From: Lepidodermella squamata
Taxonomy: Eukaryota > Animalia > Gastrotricha
Direction: 5' to 3'
DNA length: 64,000 bases
Assembly (NCBI GenBank): GCA_047495785.1
Contig: JBLDXI010000017.1
Coordinates: 744,001-808,000, forward strand
Positions 1 to 10,439 of this stretch are shown here, one piece after another. Every line of letters starts with the position of its first letter. The stretch's first letter is position 1. Both the position numbers and the translations under genes were made by a program. The notes beneath the pieces were generated by a model. That model was given only the letters and a program-made list of their open reading frames with translations, was not told the DNA's origin and made no database searches.

Positions 1-345
1 ATTTAATTCAATTTTCTGAAATATTGTTCCCGCCCCTAGTCTGGTGACCCAACTTATTCAAGATTGGTCAAGAGCTTAGGAAAATCCGATTTTTCAAAGC
101 CCCTCCTTGAACCGTAACTTTTTCGACTAGGTCCAGTTGATGAAGCCTTGTAGAAGAATAGGCACTATACTCGAGACCTTGCGCAAGACAATATATAATG
201 TGGTGATAAAAGAAGGCAACAATTTAAAAAATCTAAATACAACTTCCCAATAACTAGATTCTCTATAGAGAATGAACATTCAAGATTCAATGGGCAGCAA
301 TAAGAAACTAATACCCAAGTCTGTTTTCACTAGTGCCGGTCATAG

Positions 346-511
346 ATGGATTTTAGATCTGACATTATATAGCCGTACAAACCCGCCGGTCATGTGGTGA
401 GATGGTAAAATGATTCATTTTTAATCTAAAAATAGCATCTCGAGTTTTTGTCGCGTGTCCAGTAGATCATCCCTTGCCAAGACTTTTTTAAGCGCGGGGC
501 CTTGTTGCTAG
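346..511. repeat. Dispersed ~165-bp repeat, copy 1 (copy 2 at ~6654-6817)
   Basis: Near-identical direct repeat 'gatctgacattatatagccgtacaaacccgccgg...ccagtagatcatcccttgccaagacttttt...ttgctag' seen at both places. Confidence 0.85.
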
Positions 512-800
512 AGTTTTTTATTAATCCGAATTGAGACACACTCTTTCTAGGCCCGCGAGAAATTCTTTATCGGATGCTGATTTGCGGTTTTTCGTCACAC
601 GTCGCGACAGTCGCGCACAGCTCTCCTTTTCGACAACTATTCATTAATTAATTCGTTAATTCATTACCGGGATTATTTATCAAAGAAAGCGAACCACAAG
701 TCAATATAAAGTTTCGACGTCACTTAGGCGCAAAATTTTAGAGTCGTTTCCGAGTCATAAAACTTTACCAGAATTTTATCGAAATATCGGAAATAATCTA

Positions 801-1168
801 CAGCGTGTCCCATAAGTAACGAAAGCAAAGAAAATACATGGAAATGGGCTCAGAAACTCTAAAATGAGAGACGAAGTCGTATCTCAATGCCAGAAAAATT
901 GTAGAAAATTTCAAATCATCCCGAGAATAGTAATCAGATTTGTCACTTGTTAATGAGATTAAAAAAGTCCGCAGAAATTTGGTCCAACTGGGTAAAATAC
1001 TGAAAATTACCGAACCAGTTACCATCGGGGTTTTTCGGTAATTTTTTTATTTCTTCGTTCAAATCGCGATGGAATATTCTCTCGGTAGGAGAAATTTAAT
1101 AAAATTAGTTGAATTTCTAACAAAAATATGCCAAATTTAAAAATAGTTGCGCAACTTCTGGGACACGC
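801..1168. mobile_element. Tc1/mariner-type MITE, copy 1
   Basis: Starts TA|CAGCGTGTCCCATAAGT and ends ACTTCTGGGACACGC (inverted repeat). Interior matches copies at ~4470-4760, ~4757-6190 and 15015-15345. Confidence 0.75.
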
Positions 1169-1313
1169 AAAAATTAATTATTGCAAAATTTGGTGAGATT
1201 TTCAACGGGGGTGGCAATTGCGCACCCGAAATTGAGTGTTCCAGCGCTAATTTTGAGACTACAGCACTAGATTTCCGCTAAATATGGTTTTTCGAGTTTC
1301 ATGTCTTCGTAAA

Positions 1314-2627
1314 CGCCTTACGACTAAGCCGCCCTTGACACTCCAGTCGCGACAACTCCGCACAGAAAACTCCGCAAAATCAATTAAAAATTAATTATTT
1401 ATTTATTTTGTCAACGACAACTCCGCAAACGTCTAATTTATTCGAATTTAAAGTTTTTATTCAATTATTTGAAATAATTTTTATCCGTCAACTGCGCAAA
1501 TGACAAGCCAGACAACGACAAGCCCGCAAATTATTTATTTCTGCTTATTTAACTAATCTTTCGACTCCGCTGACAGCGATTCTTAGTAAGGGTAAGATGG
1601 TTGTCAGATTAGGTTACGGTTGGAAATGGCTCGTTTTCGATAATTAAATAAATTATTTTGCGGAGTTTTCGTGGTGTGGCGACAAATCGGTGCGCGACTA
1701 TTGCGTCCGTAAACTTTGCGCCCCGACAATTACATCCAAAGACAGTCTAGCCCAAAAATGCGAGCGACTTATCCGTCCCCGACAAATTAGCCAAATTTTG
1801 GTTCATTCAGGCGACAATTTAGCTAGCGACACTTCCGATGACGACAACAGCGCTTTTTCTATATTATGAACAATATTTATTTACGACATTATAGCTAGCG
1901 ACTTTATAGCTGGCGACATAACAGCAAATAGAGACCGCATTCTAACCAGAGGTGGAAACAGGTAGATTTTTTGCAACCAAACTTGACCCATGACAGGACT
2001 GGGATTTTGTTGGCAAGACCTGGTGCACTGGAACCGTGACGTGGCCAGCAGGCAGTATCGCGTAGAGAGCATTGAAAAAGTTGAAGGTGGAATACGAATG
2101 ATGATTTGGATACCCTTCGCGTTCGCCTTTTAATGGCTCATCACGGCTCATAGCATATGACAGGGGCGTTAACGTCGCGTGCGTACAGGTCGCGAGCGAT
2201 CATGTCGCCATTAATTAATTAAAAAAATCAATTTTTTCACGCGTCATTTCCGCCCATTTTTGGGGCTGATATGTTGACGTTCATATATTTAAAATTATTA
2301 ACATTATGGCTATAACGTCGCCGGCGTTCATGTCGCCAGCGGTATTGTTGTGGGACGTATTTGTCGGGGCGCAAAGTTAACCGGCGGATTAGTCGGGGCG
2401 TATTTGTCACCCAACCGTTTTCGTTATCTGAAATGATCATTTGCGGAGTTGACGTGATAACAATTGTTTCAATTAATTGAATAAAAATATTGAATTCGAT
2501 TGAATTTGAATTTTGCGGAGTTGTCGTTGCCGAAATTATTAATTTATTAATTTTAAATTCACTTTGCGGTGTTGTCCGTGCGGAGTTGTCGCTATCTGTA
2601 TTGACGCTGCGGTTTAGTCGTAGAACC
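1314..2627. mobile_element. Non-autonomous foldback/Mutator-like DNA element with long TIRs
   Basis: ~1318-1505 is the imperfect reverse complement of ~2437-2623, and an inner arm ~1710-1740 pairs with ~2353-2378. Flanked by the direct repeat (c)ttcgtaaa at 1305-1313 and 2627-2635 (8-9-bp TSD). Confidence 0.75.
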
Positions 2628-3585
2628 TTCGTAAAAGTAGAAACTACATTTTTTGCCTATCATGCCTAGCCAATAGATCTTCATATTACGCGTATTTCGC
2701 GCTATGAGTGGTCAGTTTATGATTTATACTTCAGCCTGCAGAGCCGATATCGATTCCAAGTTTCGATTTTACAAATCAGTGATTTTCCCGATACCAGCCG
2801 CCTTGGAACTCAACATCAATATTTTTTCTACGCAGCTTAGGGTACCAGGTAGCTAAAATAGGAATAGGAACTGACTAATTAAACTGAAAAAATGCATTTT
2901 TTTATTTCAATGGAATAATTATCTCCCAGTAATAATTTAAAGTATAATCCAAAGTAATAATCCAAATAATTATCTCCAGGTCTCGTTTTTTCAATAAATA
3001 ATCGCAACGTCATTTTATGAAAAAAACAGCAGTTGGTCCTGCTCACTTTTACGCAGAATCTTTTGTTTTTATTCGAATCGGTGAGCAATTTTTCACAAGG
3101 TGATATCATTTTCAGTGCATCGTTTCCTTCTTTTTTCGCACGTAAATCCGATATACATTTTCCGCTTCCTCGCGAGTTAAATCGCCACCTTCCATTAATT
3201 CCGTCATCTGCAAATAATAACACAGTCATAAAGGCTTATATGCAAAAATTATGAAAAAAAATTCGTTTACAAGTGCTTCGGCAGCCGGCTCTGTTGCATC
3301 GCGCGCATGATAATCACGTATTTTCTCTAATAGCGTGCGAAGTTCGAGAAAAAACTTGGCTACCGAAACGACTGCATTAATAATTTTTTCAGCAACCGCA
3401 AGAACTTGTCCCATTTATGAAAATTCTTCACCCCTATAAATACAATTAAAATTCAATCGACAGTTGCATAATATTGCCTAAATAAAGCTATCAGCGAAAT
3501 TAGAATGAGCAGAATCGAAATCAATCGAATTTTGATCACAAATCACAAGAATAGTTCAGCTGCTCAAGTTCATGTTCCAACTAAA

Positions 3586-4389
3586 TTACGGCGCTACGAA
3601 TCCACCACGCGTTTCTTTGACAACATTCGAAATTTCACACAACAAGGCCTGCTCGTCGATGGGATGAAACTTGAACGGATCGCCGTGCAAACACTCCCTT
3701 AGCGTGTAATTGCTGATGTAGTACAAGGGAAGTTCCGGCAGGTATTCTTCTCTCAGGCTCGCGGAGAAATTCTCCGTTGTTATTTTCTTCGCCATTTCAA
3801 CGTACCACGCCTGCTGTTTCTTAGATAGCGCTTCGAATCGCAGTGATCCGTCATTCTTGTCTTCGCGTACCAAATTGTCCAGATCTTGGTCAGCTTTCGC
3901 GCGAACAACAATAATTCGCCGGCCGTAACGCATCAAGGTCTTGATGAAGTTGACGTCAAAGCTGGTTAGACGCTCGCCGATGACAACGATGAGGATGTCG
4001 AGAAAGTGCAGCGAGTATTTGTTGACGTACGCCTCGAAATCACTCGGCTGTTTCAGCGTACCAGCGCCCGGGATGTCCCATAGACGAACCGCCGGTAACT
4101 TGGTGAACACGTGCTGCGCCGGCGCGCTGGTTTGCTCGATGATATTGACAGCGCAAACTTTCGCCCCTACCAGGCTGTTCACCAGCGAAGACTTCCCCTT
4201 TCCAGTCCACCCGGCAACGCCGATGTTGATGTTTGACGTTGTGTCCATTCCATGTTTTGTGGCTTTATCTCGGAGACCAGTCTCGGCTTTTTTCGCCAAT
4301 TCCAAGGCGTCTTTCTTGCTTTCTTTTCTACCGCCAGGCCAACACGGCAAATCGTCGGATGAAAAGCTCGACACACCAAATGGAAACAT
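3586..4389 (-). CDS. IRG/IIGP (p47 immunity-related)-like GTPase; 5' end uncertain, upstream exons possible
   Basis: G1 NIGVAGWTGKGKSSLVNSL, G3 LWDIPGAGT, G4-like VVRAKADQDL, G5-like YYISNY. Motif spacing and context match the IRG family. Confidence 0.75.
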   Translation of the reverse strand: MFPFGVSSFSSDDLPCWPGGRKESKKDALELAKKAETGLRDKATKHGMDTTSNINIGVAGWTGKGKSSLVNSLVGAKVCAVNIIEQTSAPAQHVFTKLPAVRLWDIPGAGTLKQPSDFEAYVNKYSLHFLDILIVVIGERLTSFDVNFIKTLMRYGRRIIVVRAKADQDLDNLVREDKNDGSLRFEALSKKQQAWYVEMAKKITTENFSASLREEYLPELPLYYISNYTLRECLHGDPFKFHPIDEQALLCEISNVVKETRGGFVAP

Positions 4390-4469
4390 ATTGTATATCA
4401 GAGAAAGCATAAGTTCTAAAAAAAATGATTGTCCCATTTAAATAGTTATCAAAGACAAAATCAATTATA

Positions 4470-4983
4470 TACGGCAGGACATAAGTAACACAAGCAAAGA
4501 AAAAACACGAAGTCTATCAATTTAGAAAAATTCAAAAAATCACGAGAATAAAGAATAGTGGGATTAAAAAAGTCCGGAGGAATTTGGTCCATCCGGTTAA
4601 TATACCGAAAATTACCGAATCATCGGTATTTCCTGGTTCATTCTTCCGGTAAAATCGCGTATCAATATGAAATATTCTCTCAGTAGATTTTATTGAATAA
4701 AATTATTCAAATTTCTGAAAATATTCCAAATTAATAAATAGTTGAGCAACTTCTGGGTGCCCCATAAGTACCGCAAACAAAGAGAATATGGGGGAAAGGG
4801 ATCGGAAACTCTAAAATGAGGGGCGAAGTCTTATTTCCTGCCCAGAAAAATCGTACAATTATCAAAACTGCTATAAGAATAGTGTAATCAACTATGAATT
4901 GGATATAAAAAATCCGAAGAAGTATTATATTTTAACCAACCAGGTAAAAACCGAAAATTACCGATCCTGTTACCATCGGGGTT
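4470..4983. mobile_element. Two head-to-tail degenerate copies of the MITE; the second is interrupted by the LINE and resumes at 6062-~6190
   Basis: Shares 'cataagtaac/cataagtacc', 'ccgaaaattaccga', 'attctctcagt' and 'gcaacttctggg' with 801-1168. Confidence 0.7.
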
Positions 4984-6061
4984 GGCATATCGAGATTTTA
5001 TTTTCAGCCATACGCCTCGCAGCGCTCTCGGCGCGATAACTTGATGCCACGATGGTTCAGGGGGTACAATAACATTTCATAGATATAAAATTTGTGTGTA
5101 AGTAGACAGTATGTATAATGTAAAGCTTATAAACAAGAGATCATGGTTGATGTTTAGTGTTTGTTTTGATCGTTTTTATGTCGTTTATTCAATGATCAGC
5201 CAATCTCTGGTGTCGAATCGGAGGCGGTAGTCGGGCTTTGGCAGCTGTCTGATATGCCACGCTGGGCAGCGTTTTTCCAGTTCTGTCGCGATTTTGTCTG
5301 TAGCCGTTAAATGAGCGATGTATTCGATATATTTAGCAATATCGAGTTCTGCGGCAAGAGTTCGCTCGCCGTAGCGTTGGGTAGCGGTCTCAAACCGCAG
5401 GTCAATACCAGTGACGCCGGCGAAGGCGATCACATCGATAGGGTGCGTTTCTTGGGGGAGGTTCAGTAGGGCTCTAAGGGCATAGGCTTGAAGGTCCACA
5501 AGGCGACTCAGGGCTGAAGGGCTCATGCAGGACCAGGCCGGGGCACCATACAGCAACACCGGTTCTATGAGTGTCTGGTAAAATAAAACACAAACTCCTT
5601 TTGGCAAATTTTTAGCTCGGCAAAGGCCATACAGAGATCCGACGGTCTGTCGGATCTTTGACGAGATGACGTCGAGATGCGTCGACCATGAAAGGAGCGG
5701 CGTTAGGTGCAGACCTAGGTACCGGACTTGGGTAACCTGCGGGATGGCTTGGCCGTACAATCGTAGGTTGACAGTGGGTGGTGTGTTGCCGTAGTGGCCG
5801 AAGACGATCGCCTCGCACTTGGCAGGATTGAGTTTGAGGCGCCAGCGGTTGCACCAGCTTTCGATGGCGCAGAGCCGCCTCTGAAGGCGATGAGCGCAGA
5901 CGTGGTATTGGTCCCCGAAGGCCCAGTTAATGACGTCGTCGGCGAAGGTGCCCTTACCAACACGCCGAGCACCATCGTCAGGGAGACAGCTTTCGGGCTG
6001 CATGTCGCTGGTGTAAAAAATAAATAGCAATGGCGACAAAGGCGACCCTTGAGGCACGCCA
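4984..6061 (-). mobile_element. 5'-truncated non-LTR retrotransposon (LINE) with reverse transcriptase C-terminal half (ORF 5185-6057)
   Basis: RT motifs GVPQGSPLSPLLF, FADD, WRLKLNPAKC and YLG. Perfect 10-bp TSD CATCGGGGTT at 4974-4983 and 6062-6071. AATAAA near the 3' end on the minus strand. Confidence 0.93.
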
Positions 6062-6323
6062 CATCGGGGTTTTTTCCAGTAAATTTGTTATTTTTCGGTG
6101 AAATCGTGGATAATTGATGGGAGATTCTCTCAGTGAACTCAATAAAAACAATTGGTTTAATTTACTTTGAAAATTTGTATAATTAAAAAGTCGAACATTC
6201 TGTTCGAAAATCATACCTACTGGTTATAAAAGTCGACCTTATTTCCTGGCGATAATCTCGACCTAAGAGCCGTATTTATCGATAATACGGCTTCGAAAGC
6301 AACCTACTATTTCTTCTTCGAAT

Positions 6324-6407
6324 ATGACTCATCTTAAAACATCAACGGGTCAGAGATTTCTCTTTTTTATTTATCGATAATTAACACGTTGTTTTAAGAT
6401 GAGTCAT
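6324..6407. repeat. Perfect 18-bp inverted repeat with 48-nt spacer
   Basis: atgactcatcttaaaaca (6324-6341) and tgttttaagatgagtcat (6390-6407). Confidence 0.85.
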
Positions 6408-6653
6408 TATCAAGAAAGATGGTTTTGTTTAATATTCTAATTTTCTAACAGAGTAAGAATCTCATCGAGAAGGCTGAGATTACTTGGAATAAGTGAATAG
6501 CCGGCAATAACATGAAATTAGGGTTCGAAGGCTCGGGAAACCTAAAAGGTCCCGAAACTTAGAACGGACCCAGCGAAAATAAGAGAATGATTATATGATT
6601 CGATGGATTAGCAATCAGAAAAATCCGCCCATTTTCCCCTATTGCCGATCATC

Positions 6654-6817
6654 GATGGATGTTGGATCTGACATTATATAGCCGTACAAACCCGCCGGCC
6701 ATGTGGTGAGATGGTAGGATGATTCATATTTAATATAAAAATAGCATCACGAGTTTATGTCGCGTGTCCAGTAGATCATCCCTTGCCAAGACTTTTTATG
6801 CGGGACCTTATTGCTAG
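6654..6817. repeat. Dispersed ~165-bp repeat, copy 2
   Basis: Direct match to 346-511. Confidence 0.85.
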
Positions 6818-8789
6818 TTTTTCATAAGGGTGCTGTGTTTTTTTTATTCACCCCGAAATTTCGGGTCGCCCACTTCTGAAGCTCATCTTGAAATGAAAAC
6901 TTTAGAGCTGTTTAGAATACTTCATTGCCCGAGAACTTCCTTGAGAACTTCCACCAGGAAAGAAACCGAGGTATCCATTTTTCGAAATTTAAAACAGAGG
7001 ATTTCTTTCTGATCATATTGGCGTTATAACAGCATTGAAGTATCAAGCAAAATGAAATTTCAAGAATAAATAACATTTAATCAAATATTCGGGCTGCTAT
7101 ATCTGGCGGATTTATCAACCGATCAAAGAGATTTTGCAAAAAAATGCTCGAAAAGCAACAATAATTGTTATTATGCGAATAAGTGTGGGTCTCTTTTCTT
7201 TTCGATTTTTTTCTGCCAAAAATCGTTTACCGAAGGCGTTTTGCATAGCCGAATCATTCGTGAAATACCGGATACGATCCTCCGCGCCTTTCTGGAAATC
7301 TTCTAGACATATTGTTTCCTTCATCGCCACGCGGTTATCCGCGGTGAGAGAAAATTCACCGGAAATTACGCCAATTTTCATATTTCTAATGATAAATCAA
7401 AGTTGATTGTTTGTTCGATTTCATCTCTCTAAATCTCAAAAGGCAGTTTTTTGACGGCCATACGGCTAATTTTATAGCTATACCGAAAAATAAAAAAATG
7501 AATCTACATATTAAAATCGAAAACAACAGCGAATTCGTAATTTTCCAGTGTTACTTTTGTTTTTATTTATCAATTATATCGCTATCAGTACCAGGGCCTG
7601 AGACGTAGCTGGATTCGGGACAATCAATTTTATCGCCATAATTTTCATGTGATTTTTCAACCAGGTCTAAAGATCTTTGTGGCTAAAATGACTCTATTAT
7701 TGTTGGCAAGTGAAAAGTCATTCCGATGAGTGATTCCGAGGTAAATTCAACTCAAATTACCTCAAGACTCGCCATCATCAATTTGTTTGACTATTTTCAT
7801 TTCAAGCATCAACCTATAGCTATATCGACATAATTTCCGAATTTCCGACCGGCCTTTCCTTTATTTTCTGAAATTTTTCGAATCAGCCAAATTTCAACAA
7901 TCGATTGTTTGCTAGTTTTTTTTTGTTGCATGAATCATAATTTGTGTACTTGATGCCGTGATTTATCAGGCGATTTTTGCAATATGCAACGAAAAGAAAA
8001 CAATATCAAACTCTTTTAATTTTTTTTCAAAAACCGTTCCTCGGCCGGATTTTCTGGTTTGGCAAGCTTTGAATAGGAGGTGATTTTTTGGAAAAATCAA
8101 AGGAAGTGTTTTTTTTAGATAAATTTATTAAATTAACCACCCACTTTGGTCCGAGTTAACAATAGTTCTGGTTTTGATTCTCCGCCGCGTGCTCGGGCCG
8201 ACACCTTGACCGGCCCGGAATTCGTTCAGATTCGTTAAACTTGCCGTAAATTCGCTGCGTAAGGGCGCGTTTTAGACCGGCCCGCGCGCGGAGTGGTTTC
8301 AATCACCTGTTTTGAAGCCAAATCTTCCTAATCCGGCTGATTTTGGCGACTGGGTATAATTTTAATTGGAAGCGAAAACGTAATTAATTTTCCAAATCAA
8401 GCGAATTAAGTCTCGCCAGTGACATCACAGGAACTTCGACGAGGTGCTAAAAATAAGCCACCGAAAATTGCAGCCACTCAAGTCACTCGAGTCTCAACCT
8501 CGAAACAATAACACCACACTTGTCATTCAATATTGCTCAAATCCTGCACATTCAAGTGGCTAATAGCGGTCGAATTTCGTCGTTATTTGAAAATTGGCTC
8601 TCGCGCGCGCCCCACTGCGCAATGACCTCGCACGCGCGCAATATCGCGTGCGATTGTTGTTCTATTTTTGTCTATGCTTTATTATTTATTATCTCACGAA
8701 GCTGAAACAATGCCGACGCAACACGCGCCCGTTACGAAGACCTGTGTTACGCCGCCGCCGAGTGGCGCCACCTGCGGAGTCGGGTGCAC

Positions 8790-8796
8790 TATAAAA
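8790..8796 (+). promoter_or_regulatory. TATA box of the lectin gene
   Basis: TATAAAA about 80 nt upstream of ATG 8872, preceded by a GC-rich segment. Confidence 0.6.
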
Positions 8797-8871
8797 GCGA
8801 GGCCTTAACCCTCGCTAAAATCATCGATCCAGTTTCAGTCAAGCATTTTCACATACAACCACCTTAAAAAC

Positions 8872-10439
8872 ATGATGCTCTGTAGCTTGCTAGCCACGGC
8901 TTTTCTGTTCGCCTTCAGCGAGGCGAAAACGTGCGCCACCGAGCGCCACACGATGCTCAACTACTTCTTGTTGGGCGAGAAGAGCCGCTGGTTCGCCGAG
9001 CTGTACGCTACCCGTGGATCGACCCTGTTCAAGCCTGGCCAGTTCGCCAACTTCCGCCTGCTGCCGGCCTTCTTCGAGAACGACGACGACTTCAGCGCTT
9101 TCTCGCAGTTCTTCGTCCTCAACGGCAACTTCACGGCCCAGGAAGCTTGGACTGCCTGCAACAAATTCGACGACGGCGCCCGTCTCGCTTCGCTTCACAC
9201 CGCTAAGCGCCTCGAATTCGTCAACAAGCTCAGTAAGTTTTCGAAATTTCAAATTTAAACCTGAAACTCCGAAAAATGAAACTTACCGATTTTTTGGTCA
9301 ATAATTTGTTTCTATGATTCAAATAATCAAATATTGGAAAATTTCCGATAATTTTGTCCAAATTTTGCGAACATTTTAAAATTCACAAAAATCCTGCTAA
9401 AAATCAGCGTTAGCTCAATAAATTCTTAAATCTGATTCCCGATTTTTCTGCAAATTTAGAAAAATATTTGCTATTTTTTCCTGATTTTTGAACATTTTGA
9501 GCGTGCGTGACCTAGATTTGGACTAATTAGTGAGTAATTCATAAGATGCTCATTTGCATATTCCATTAGTTCCGAATTTCGCAATTAGAAATTTGAGAAA
9601 AAATTTGATAAATTTCCCGCCACTCCGACAAATTTGTACAACATTTTAAAATGCACCTTAAAATTATCTAAAAAATGTTTAATTATTAATTTTTCACTTC
9701 ATTAGTCTAATAATTGCTTGTTTTATTAGTTGTTGGCGGCAAGTACTGGTTTGGTCTGCAACGCTGGGCCGGCTGCCCGACCTTCACCTGGGCGAACGGC
9801 GAGAAGCTCGGCACCACCAACCTGTACTGGGCCAAGAACGAGCCGCAAGCCGTTTCGACCAACTACGACTGCGTCCGCACCGCCGACCCTGCCTCGCTGA
9901 AGTGCAACCTGACCACCTTGGTGTGCACCGCCGACGAGTTCGCGCCATGGCTCGCCGAGAAGTGCGACTCGACCGGATTCGCCGCCCTCTGCGAAGTCAC
10001 CTACCCGCGCCACCTGTACGGCGTCATCAAGGGCAAGTTCAACTACGAGTCTGCCAAGAAGGCCTGCAAGACCCAATTCGCTGCCTTCCCCGGCGCCAAC
10101 CTCGCCCAGGCCAAGACCGAGTCGGCGCTGAACCAGCTGTTCTACGGCACCAGCCTCACCTACTTCAAGTGGAACTGCTGGGCCGGTCTCACCCGCCTGT
10201 ACGAGGACAAGGTCTGGAAGCACAAGTACGCTGATGGCACCTGGGCGACCCGCTTCTCGTTCCTGCCCCGCCTCTACGGCAACGACTACTCCAAGTACGA
10301 CGACACTGAAACCTGCGCCTCGCTGCACGACCCGGCCTACTCGGCCTCGCTCGGCTTCGACCAGAAGGGCTTCTACACGTACAACGAGTGCAATCACGAG
10401 CTGGACTGCGCCGTCTGCGAATGGCAGTTGCCTCTTTAA
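8872..10439 (+). CDS. Secreted protein with two C-type lectin-like domains; exons 8872-9232 and 9730-10439
   Basis: Signal peptide MMLCSLLATAFLFAFSEA. CTLD 1: AWTAC..ARLASLH..YWFGL..FTWANG..WAKNEP..W..EKC..ALCE. CTLD 2: AKKAC..NLA..CWAGL..YADGT..C..AVCE. GT-AG intron 9233-9729 keeps the frame. AATAAA at 10617-10622. Confidence 0.88.

Noticed and set aside
1314-2627. CRISPR-like array from repeated cgacaa motifs
   Set aside because: Spacing is irregular, the arrangement is inverted, the context is eukaryotic and there are no cas genes; explained as a foldback transposon.
6880-7860. Possible upstream exons of the GTPase, including ORF 7115-7381 (-)
   Set aside because: No recognisable motif, and no confident in-frame splice path could be built by eye.
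9726-10397. 223-aa antisense ORF and other overlapping ORFs on the lectin gene
   Set aside because: Shadow ORFs caused by strong C/G third-position bias; no recognisable motifs.
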